Shown here: positions 49,701 to 60,700 of the stretch, in pieces
Numbering within the stretch: the stretch's first letter is position 1
Layout of the letters: the number at the start of each line of letters is the position of its first letter
Source: Tubiluchus corallicola
Lineage: Eukaryota; Animalia; Priapulida
Direction: 5' to 3'
Assembly: GCA_030141605.1 (NCBI GenBank)
Contig: JAQGDQ010000464.1
Coordinates: 62,001-126,000 of the forward strand
Length of the DNA stretch: 64,000 nt
The notes under the pieces: model-generated
What the model was told of the DNA's origin: nothing
Database searches by the model: none
What the model saw: only the letters and a program-made list of their open reading frames with translations
Program-made: the position numbers and the translations under genes

Positions 49701-51763
49701 ACTACATACTGTCATATATCGTTTTTGTTCACATTCTATCAATTTTTAGTGCATGATATGACCATCACCGTTCTTTATGACCTGTTTTACCCTGTTTGGG
49801 CATCAAATCCACCAGCTGCTGGCACTTATCTATGATTTCGGGGTCTCTATAACATATACGGATTATAGCCTCTATAAGCTTTATTTTGGTCGTACAGTCC
49901 TCATTGCAAAGTCGAAGTTTGGTTATAGACCTCAAATTCTCAATGAGGTTGAGGTCGGGGGAGTTTCCCGGCCAATCCAGTACCGTAATTTTCATTTTCT
50001 TCATGTATTCCATCACATTTTTGCCTTATGACATGGCGCAGAGGGCTGTTGAAATATTCCAGATCCACCTGGAAAAGTGTTCGCAAGATCCGTGATGATA
50101 CTCTGAAAACCTGTATGTATTTCTCTGAATTCGTCATTCCTTCAATGGACAGCAATAACCCAACGCCATAATTAGTGAAACTACCCCAAAACATCTTCCT
50201 TTGGGGATGTTTTACAGATTGATCGATATGGCACTCACGGATGGGTCCTCCAATGAATTGACAGACATGCTGACTATGTTGTCCTTGAACTAGAAAATGG
50301 CTTTTGTCACTAAAAAGAACTTTCCTCCAATCAGTAACAGTCCAGTTCCAGCTGTTTTGCCCATTCCAGTCTTTTCTTTTTCATGACAGACGTTAAAAGT
50401 TGCTTTTTAAGTGGCCTTCTAGCGATTCGTCCACATTCTGTCAATCTACGGCGTATTGTACTTGAGCTAACGTCCACTCCAGATGACGACAAATCCTTCC
50501 GAAGCGCATCACTCGTCTTTCTTGGATCTTTTTTACTCTCTCGCAGCAGCCTGGCAACGTCTTTTGCAGAAGTCTTCCTCTTATGACCACACTTTCCCTT
50601 CCTCTTGGGCAATAAGGTGCCATTTGCTTGGACCTGCTTCAAAAGGCGTGTAACAGTGCAGTGGTTTAAAGCCACAGTTCTGGCTATTTCGCGCTGATCT
50701 TTCGACGTGTGCTCGTGTAAAGTCAGAATTTTAGTCCGCTTGCGTGGAGTGATATCCATTTTGGCGTTTCTAGCACAGAGGATGAAAAACAAGTGGCAAA
50801 CAGTACACTCATTCCATTCGAATGACGCAATAATGAAGCTCAGTAAAACAATCAAAATTAAAATACAGTTTTACTATGATTTTCGCACGGAAAAACGTTA
50901 CCATTCAGCCAAAGACAAGTCTATGTCTATAAATGCATTTTTGGGTTAAAATCAGGTTTGATGCACAAGGATGTATGCTGTTAATGCAATTTTTCCTTAT
51001 CTTGGTTATGGAAAATCAATAATTGGTCAGGGAAAAGTCTGGAAAATTTATTTCTACATTCTGTGGGAACCTTAACATGTAAAGCATGCAGAAGAATCTA
51101 TTGATATTACTCTGCCACACCAATAATAGTTTAACGCAGTTATGGATTAATTAAACAATATTTTCATTTTTTCACTTTAGATCATTTTATCCTAGGTTTT
51201 AAATTGGTTTCTGATTTCCTTTAAAGTATAAGACTGGTGAATTTCATCAGAAACTTGTCTTGAAGTTTCATATCCCCTTTATGTAATCTTACTGCAAGTA
51301 GCATAATTTAAAACTATATGTTTAGAAGTATTTTGTTAAGTTAGACTAGTGGTGTTTTTACTATTGGGCAAACTATGCATTTGCCTATCGCACCAAATTT
51401 TGGGTAGGTGCCAAATTCTGAAAATAATTCTTTAATTTTTAATTTTAATATAAATAACAGAATAGTGTACGTGTAACTCCTTAAATGCGCAACACTAATT
51501 CGAAAGAAACGAACGTTTTGCCTTATTTTCCTATCGAAATGTATAATTCATGGATGCCAACAAGAGTCTTCCCGTACCAAAACACTTTCTATTTAGGCCT
51601 TTTCTGCTTTTCTAAGATTACGTAAGATTTTTAAGATTTCTGACATTATGTCATTCAGACATTACTGACGCATTACCTTGCTTTTGCAATGACCCTTCCG
51701 TTAATAAAAAAACTAATGATTCTTCTGCACACTTTACATGTTAAGGTTCCCACAGAATCTTAA

Positions 51764-51799
<36 letters not shown>

Positions 51800-54700
51800 A
51801 AATACTTACAATAGCATTTATCTTATCAGCACAAGCTGTAGATAGGTAATTGATTACACTTAATTGGTATACTATAATACATGCATAAGCCTATTGTACA
51901 AGGACCATAATACAAAAAAAGTTCAATACATTGGGAGCATGGTGGGGACCATGGGGGGAAGTGGGTTGACCGTTGGGCAGCTCTAAAGTACTTTTGCCTA
52001 GGGTGGTAAACTACCTCGAGCCGGCCCTTAATGGGTAATGGCACTTATTTTACATCTGGTGGTATAAATTACTGTAGTTTAATATGTTTGCTATTCATGT
52101 GTCTGTTTAAGTAACATTTTAACAAGAACATTTTTCAACAAACAAATATGTGAACAAACACTTCATACAAACACATTGTTTAAATATTCAACTTGCTCTG
52201 TGTTATTTGTTACCTGTGCAAACGTTTTATTACTATGTATTCATTCTTCAGTACATGTTTAGAGTAATGACACTTCTAGTTGTCCAAACTGAAGTTTGTA
52301 TTCCTTCCAACTTTCTACATTGCCAGAATACGAAATACGATTTTTAAAATTAGCTTTCAGTAAGAGTAAATTGCCCTGTACTAAAGCTGCATTGGATTAC
52401 AAGATAAATTTAGTTTTTGAAAACAAAGCTGTTGAAATTTTATCAGTGATTTTGAAATGCTAGTTAATTATCCGGCTTTCCTGAATAATTCATGTGACAT
52501 GAAAAAATGAGATATAAAGTTTGAACTGGACTGTAGAGTATAGCAAACATTGTTCAGAGCATGTTTGAATGTGTCACAAATGATATAACTAAAAAACTTC
52601 CTGCTTTAGTGATCAAATTTTGAGAGAAATATTTACATCTAATGAAAATATTCAAGTCACATGTTATTAGTAGTTACGCTTTATACAACATTTTTACCAT
52701 TTTCAAAACTGTAAAAATGAACATGTTTCATGCAACTCTGTTTTTTGAACAATTCAATTTTTCATGTGTTTGTCTGTTTAGCTATTATATATAATTACTA
52801 TCTATTCTATCTTTCTTATAGAATCAGTTTTATTCAGTAATGCTAACACAGTTTTTTTTGCTATCCTGTTGTTAGATGGAATAAAGGAGAAAGATAAGAA
52901 CTCACTACATACAATATTATCAGAAATAGCTGTGATGAAGGATAATGTTTATTCCTTGGCGAGGTATGCGTACACTGACGTGGATTGTGATTGGCCTTTT
53001 TACACTGATACCGACAAGCAACTGCTTAAACGGTGAGTACTGCACTTATTTAAAATCAGCACTGCTTTATGTTTTCATTAAAAACAATACCTTGATTTGC
53101 ACGTATCAATCATCTTAATGCATGATCTTGATTTTAAAACCCTGTCAGACTTAACTTTAAATGAAAAGACATTAACAAACTGTAATTCACAAAGCTTTAG
53201 CTTCAACCAATTCGTTCTGTAACTCGGTGTGTTATCTATATCAATTAAGCGTTATATCGGGTGGCATAAAAAACATGTTGAAGTTTTGCACATGACATTA
53301 CAAGAAGAAAATCTTGAAATCGCTTGAAAATTACCACAATGATTTTACAAACGCTTATGTATAAGCACCAAAAACATCTTGTTATTCTCTTACGTTTTTC
53401 CAAAGATGCAGAAATCTTGAAATGATAAGTCAAAAAAATAATTGCCGCAAAAAATTTTGTGTCACTATTGTTAAAATTTACAGTACGTGTTCATCATTTG
53501 CACTGCAAACTAGACGAAGGTGTTTCTTACAATAGCTGAACAACTTATTACTTTTTATGGAGTATTGCGTCCCAGCGCTCAAGGGCCAATTATATGGCTT
53601 AGCATTTTCACTCCTCTGCCTAACTTCTGAGATAATCTTGTCATATAAATATAAACTAGTGCATTTCATATAATTCTTATTATGAAGTAGCATATGGTTC
53701 CCCTCCATTGGTGTGAAATCAAGGGTACATTAAGAGTTTTAAAAACTGCATGTAGTTATGTGAAGTGAAGAAGCCCATCTTTAGGTAAATTACACGTCCT
53801 TATTGTAATGGTTTTGATGATTGATCACTAATTTATATCGGGTGGCACAGAAAAAATGTGCAGAAGTTTAGACTACAATAACATTAGAAGCAAGTGTCCT
53901 ACAAAGTTGAAATTGTATTGCGTGGTACTAAATTTCATTAACTTTTGGTTGCGAAAGTTACAGGTTTGCAGTTTTGGTAGTTTTCAAGTTACGACTGGAA
54001 AACTTTCTCTCATGTTAAAAATTTAAATGCCTGAACGATATCAGCTGCTACACTGAAATCTATAAAGAATATCACACTAATAATGTGGATGTTTTGTCTT
54101 TATATGGAAACAAAGAGTCTAAACTAATGCCAGAACTAACTGAATAGTTAACCATTTTTAGTACGTGTGTTGTCAACAGGATTAATTCAGTGCCTTGTAA
54201 TCATTCGTATTACATTGCATATAACGCTGCATTGAAAAAAACAAAGTTTATAGGACCATAGGAAACAGAAATAAGAGAAAATTAGATCAGTTCGTGCCAT
54301 ATTATACCTATATAGAATTAAGAAAATAGTTCTGCTTGTTATTACACGTACTTGTTTTAGGAAAAATTTGTAGAACGATGCAAGTGACAGCAATTGTACG
54401 AATATCGCATGAACTGTGCACGAATAGCACATAAATCAATTTAAGCCATTCTAATAATGTTTACATTTACAAATTGTCTAATAATATCATAGCCTTACAT
54501 CATTGAAAATGTTGCACTTTAGCTTCATTCATTTTGAGGCAAGTTGCAGTTGCAAAATGAAGCTAGCAAAAGGTGAGAAGACCATTTTGCCTGTTATAAG
54601 TGTTTTCAGAAAGTAGAAATTTTGCTGTGTTTATGCTGTCTGAGTAAATAGGCTAAATATTTTGTGAACACTTAATATGGCTGAAAAAATATTAGTATTA

Positions 54701-57700
54701 GCATGATTATGCACATTTCACACTTAACACAATAGTCACGTAACGTGCTAGCATCATCACAATACTTGAGGGTACTGGTTAGCATTTTGCCCACCAACAA
54801 ATCACTTCATAAGGTAAAGATTTTGCAATAAAGAAAACTTTCCCTGAGAACATATCTGTTCAAAGTGCAGTTCATTGAAGTTAATTCGATGTTACTGTAT
54901 TTTATGAACATGTCAACTCTATATTGATATTAGTCTGAGTTAAACAATTTGATACATAAATTTATTTTATGACTTTTACTTTAAGTAATATGTTTCTGCG
55001 AATAATTTAAATGCCCGCTAATAGGGGTATTTGAAATGTGTTTTTTGTTTCAGTCGTTGTCTTTACGCTATATTGTACGACAATTCTAAATTACACACTA
55101 TAAAAGTTAATTTAGTAATGATAATAATAAATATGATAATTTTAATAATAATAATAATGATGATGATAATAATAATAATAACATATCATAGGCCAATACT
55201 TGGACTGAAATTTTAGTCATGCAAAATATAAATACACGTAGATAAGCATAGTTAATATTATCTATTGTGTCTATTCTTAGACGGTGGCCATCAAGTACTG
55301 TGAATGGTGAATGCTCTCCAACCACCACTGAGAAAAAATCACCGAACTCTTCCATCTCAGAGGTAATTTATGTCAATATACAGGACAAAATATTGTAGGT
55401 GTGGTACTTGCCGTGGCAGTTAGTTTGTTTGAGTGAATGAGTTGTCTGTCATTAAGATTCTACTTACAGCAGATTTTTCTTGATTTACCCCGGTATTTAT
55501 TATTTATTTGTGCCTTTTTGTTTTTTTGATAACTCGCACACGCATGTGTGTGTGAGTGTGAGTGTGAGTGTGTGTGTGTGTGTGCGTGTGCGTGTGCGTG
55601 TGTGTGTGTATGAAAGTCTGTACTACTGTAACAGAGAGGTCAGCTACTGATAAAAATGTCTCCTTGAGTCTATTAGTAAAATCTTTTCAGTTAGGAATTT
55701 GTTTGAAAACAATGATTATGTAATATATGGCTGAACAATATTTTATAGTGTATAAAAGACAAGCTTGACTTGTACTACGTTATTTTAACTACATATTGGA
55801 TTCACATGCAAAACGACATTCATTATTTTAGAAGATGACCAAAGTGCCATACGCATAGCATGCAGATGCGGATGTGTTTTGGGTGGTGGGGAATCGATAA
55901 AATCGGTTTATATTGTTTTGAATCCACCCGTTTATGCGACCTGCGTTATGCGTTATTCTTTGTCTGCAGCTATTCCTACTGATTTTTTTCCGCAGGTGGA
56001 AAACGCATCCGCATGCTGGGTAAACGTCACTTAACCTAACTTTCAGCCACTGATTTTTAATTACCTTTGAGATAAACAGGCAAAGTTCATATTTTCCCTG
56101 CACTGTATTCTTGTAGAAATATTGCCAACAGTTGATTGTAAAGTGTACAGAATGACTTGATTTAACGTAAGTTAATCTGTCTGCAAAATCAATAATCAAG
56201 CACTGAAAAAGCACATTGTTGATGCCTTGTAAGGTTGTAGTAGAAACAGATATTTTAACAGCATGCCCACTAGGTTTAACCAATTAAATTACAGCATATT
56301 TTTATATGCTTAGGTGGGGCACACCTCCTGCTATTACTTAGCTATTTTGAATAAACATCTTGCATTCTGTTTCATCACCTTCATTTCACCCACTGCATTA
56401 TGTTTAATGATTGCCATTGCCTCTGTATATATAATAATGTTAGAGTGTGTTACGATAAGGAACCTTCTCATTTTTTATGCACTTTACAGAAACGTTCTAT
56501 GATTACCAGTCCACAAATGTCTAAGAAGAAACGGATATCCTTGTACAATACGTCTCCATCAAGTAATCATCACGCTGCGGATTTGCCTTCTAGAAATGTA
56601 TGCTGTGTTGCAATAAATAAGGCTACAGTCTCACTTCTTTATACTGCCCACTTTGGGACTGCAAAAAATTTGTCATTATAATGAGGTGCATTAATACATA
56701 CATGTCTATGCAAATATAGATGTTTTGTTTTGCTAAATACTGCACGTTAAGCAAGGTTGGCATTATAAAGGTGGCGCTATAATGAAGTTTGACTGTAGAT
56801 AATTGTTCAAGCAAAAAGAGAATTACACATTTTTGCTATTACAATAATTCTAATTTGTAGTTTAATCATTTAAGAGTACGAAGTTACGTACCTGTATGGA
56901 AACCAGAAAAGTATGTAAGAGCGAAAAGCTGTACTTTTCAGTTTTATAAAAGTTTTATGGTGGCCTATAAGAAGTTGTAACACAGTTTCAAAGACTATTG
57001 AGTCAATGTTTGATAATAAAATTGAAAATAAATTTGCAGCACATACATCCTGTGGAAATCTCAAGTTTATCAAAATAAAAACATGCCGAGCTTTTGTTTA
57101 TTTTCTTATAAACATCAGATCCAGATACTAATAGGCTATAAATGCGTATGGTAATGAAAAACAAGGAATAGCAGAAATACACAAATATAGTAGCTAAATA
57201 TATTCATCAAAGATTAGTTAATACCAAGGGAAATTTTGCACTTTTCATTTAAGCAAATATCTGCAAAGAGACTGTAAGTGGACTTGATTATTTATGGGAT
57301 TTTAAATCATGAATCAGCAAAACTTTCATAGACGTTCAGATCCGCAACAGGTCGAACAAAATTTATAATGGTGTGGATACAATGCCATGTTATGTTTGAT
57401 GTTTTTGTTAAAATAAATTATATGCAAGTAAAACCTGCAAACAGTACTTTCGTGAAACTGAATTTACTAGTTTATGTCGACACGGTTATTATGTTTTTAC
57501 AGGAATTGTCCTGTTTGCTTATACGTTTTATTTACTTTTTTATGAAATAGATAAAGAATGGAAAAGCTACGCCAACAAACAAACATGTTTCTCCAGACAG
57601 TCAAGGTCAGGAAAATATTCACAACGGTTTATCTGACGATCATGCTTCTGAATCTGGTTCAGTTCCACATTATAAACTGTAAGTCAACTTGTGACATACA

Positions 57701-60700
57701 TACAGTTAGGCTTGCAACTGTATGAGTGAAACATAATGGATAAGGCAGCGTGCTTTCTGTTCATGCTGTAGAGATTGGCAAAGTTCAATGCAGTGCTTTG
57801 TCGATTCGACATGTCAACGATCATTTATTTAAAGGGCAAATTCTTTATGTGGACTATGATTTTTAGGCTATCTTCAGGTCTTCCCTAAAAAGAGCAATCC
57901 AGAGAAATAAAAATTTAGTACTGATCTGCACTTTACAAAGATGTAGTAGTTTTTAATAGTATGCCAGATTACTGAAAGGCTTAATTTCACTAAAGTATGT
58001 TTGCCACCATTTGAGTTCAGTGCTAGTCACATGCTGGACTAACACTCTCCTTACATTACGTGATGACCCGAGCCATTGGTCACTTTTTTGAAAGGTCATA
58101 TCTGTGAAATTTTTCATGTGTAAACTCTACACATTGCAGCCAATACACGCCTATAACTACACCGGAACAGAGAGCACAGTACAAGGCCGATTTCAACGCC
58201 GAGTATGATGAATACCGTGCGGTTCATGCTTCCCTGGACAAGGTGTCGAAAAAGTTTGCTCAGTTAGAAGACAAGCTAAAAGAAACCCGCAAAGGCAGTC
58301 CTGAATACATTGTAAGTACCGTGGTAATGTACTACTGGTGTTTTAATTGTCAAGAGAGAATTGAGAGAATTGTTTACTTATAATCATTTGCGATTTTGGC
58401 TTCACTGTAAATCTGACTTCAATTATTGGAATATGACTTCAATTATTGGAATATGCGGCAATCCTGTTTTCTTTCACACTCTGTAAATGTATTCTCACAA
58501 CGAAAATATGTCACAGTTTCTGCCTCTTAATACACTAGGTAAGTACAGTAGGTGCCACTTAACAGACTCACTTTGAGATAGAAGTGTTTCGACCCAATTA
58601 ACTGACTGCTTCAGTTAGCCGACTGATGTAGTCTATTACTACTCTAGAAGTATGAGTCATCACTCGTCACTTCAATATGCATCGAAAAGGCTTTAAATGT
58701 ATTTTAGAAATTAATTAATGTCTAAATTATTGGGTGCAATTAGTTAAGAATACTAATTTATATAAGTGATTTAATAAAAAAGGAAATGAAAGAGTAGCAC
58801 AAATCTGATTATTACCGCTAAAAATTACAAAAATTCATGCAAGGTCAGTTGCTTTATTTCTTCACAAAGAAACTGGTTTACGAAATTCTCATAGTGATAA
58901 AAATGTTGAAAATCTGTTGCTGTTATACTGCACATGTTCACGCGAAACACCTAGTCACCTAGTGCTTGAGCTGCAGTTGGTGATGACCTTGTTTCCCTGT
59001 GAAAAGCAGTAGGTACTTCAAAATCAAACTACTAGACAAGTGATTGAATGTTTTGCTTCCTGAAACAAAAAAGTTAACTGTAGTGGATAAGCGGGTGACA
59101 GATTCAAAGCAAAAACCGCTACACTAACATATGAATGCATATTATAAATGTACTGTACCTGCTTACAAACAAAGCTGTACCTAAAAGGACTGTTTCTGCA
59201 TATATTGTAGTAAGCAAAATCGATGTAAAGATGACACAAAAGCAGTAAAAGCTCTTTGGGCACTCACGGGTATCTTATTTTAAGTACGTGAAGGAAAAAT
59301 ATTGAGTCAATTATGCAGAGTTATTTGAGTCAGTTACTGACAGTTTTTATATACATTTGAATATGAGCGGCCAATCACTACGCCTTTTCAAATTTCCTGC
59401 AATTGATGATGATTGTGAAAAAGTCAAAGGTTAAGTGTACCAGACATTGCATTTGTGTACACTTGACAATGCCTCGCAGCCCATGCTATTGTAATAGTAA
59501 CCATTTTAACAGTTAGCTAGAATCTTACCTAGTTCATTTTCTCTTGTTCCTAAGCAAGATCTTGCTAGTAAATCACTCTATGCATAGACTAACACATAAT
59601 TAAGTAAGTCTAAGCTTAAAATGACTGAAGTTATTGCATTGTTGCAGCATATGTCTTTGCTTTATCCACACATCACGTGACATTGCTATGTTGGTATACT
59701 TAACCTTTGACCTACATAACTGTGCAGGCATGCAATAAAACTGTGAAAAGGCTTGTTAAACGACTGATTCTATTAATCGTGAGTCTAATAAACGGCATCT
59801 ACTGTACAAGAATTCTAGGCCTGTCTTCATTATAGAAAACGTTTCTTTGACGTTACTGCTGCATTTTATTCAGTATGCATTGTGGGTTCTGAAATGTGTA
59901 AAAAATTTCGTAAAACAGTTTTGTTTGCTTGTGCCTTCCTTTATAGAAAGTTAAAAATAACACCGACAGAAACTTGTGGTTTTAATACTCAAGTGCAATT
60001 GTAGTTTTATAACTATTGTGCTGACCAAGTGAGTGTCCAGGCATCTGACCATCCTTCCAAAACAAACATTGGATAATGCACTTATTTATTCATTTAGTTA
60101 TTTACCGTGAAGCGAAATGTGTGTCTAATTAAACATGATTAAAATACCAGTGTTTTGCAAACGAAATTGACATCGCTATCTATGCTAACTATTAAGCCAG
60201 CTTTGTTCAATTTAAATTATTGACTGACTTGTGTGTCTGTTTTTGTACCTGTCAGTCTGTTCTCCATGTAATTCTGTAGGTTTGTATTTTCGTTCAGCAA
60301 ATTAGGCGTATACAAATTGTATTATCAACGTTGTAAAGGTAGTCTGTATTAGTATTGTGTGCCACTCAGCTTTGTTTCATTTTAAATGTGTGCTTGCAAA
60401 CGAAAACCACTCGTAAGCCTGCATAGTTTATTTGAAACTACGTTACGATGCTTCAAAGTAGAATGCGCCAGAAATTGGGTCATATGTAATTTTTTTGGTT
60501 TTTTACAAAATCGAAACGCTAAATATATTAGACTTATATTTTAGCATCAATTCATTAGAAAATGTTCAAAAAAGCTAAAAATTTAATTTTATAACACCTT
60601 ACTCTTTTCTCTGGCTAAAATCTGGTATTGCAAAGGTGAAAAACTCAATTTGCTTCAGGGGTTTTTTCTGTTGCCTAGCCCAGATCTTCGTCAGGGAGAG

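Larger units (their letters stand above)
49278..51071. mobile_element. hAT-like MITE with TCAGGGAAAA subterminal repeats, host of a Tc1 insertion
   Basis: CAGGATTCCCAC... / ...GTGGGAACC ends; repeated gtcagggaaaa near both ends; 8-bp TSD not preserved. Confidence 0.6.

Noticed and set aside
53250-53900. Two similar starts ttatatcgggtggca... resembling mariner-type TIRs
   Set aside because: Same orientation and no matching opposite ends found, so boundaries cannot be supported
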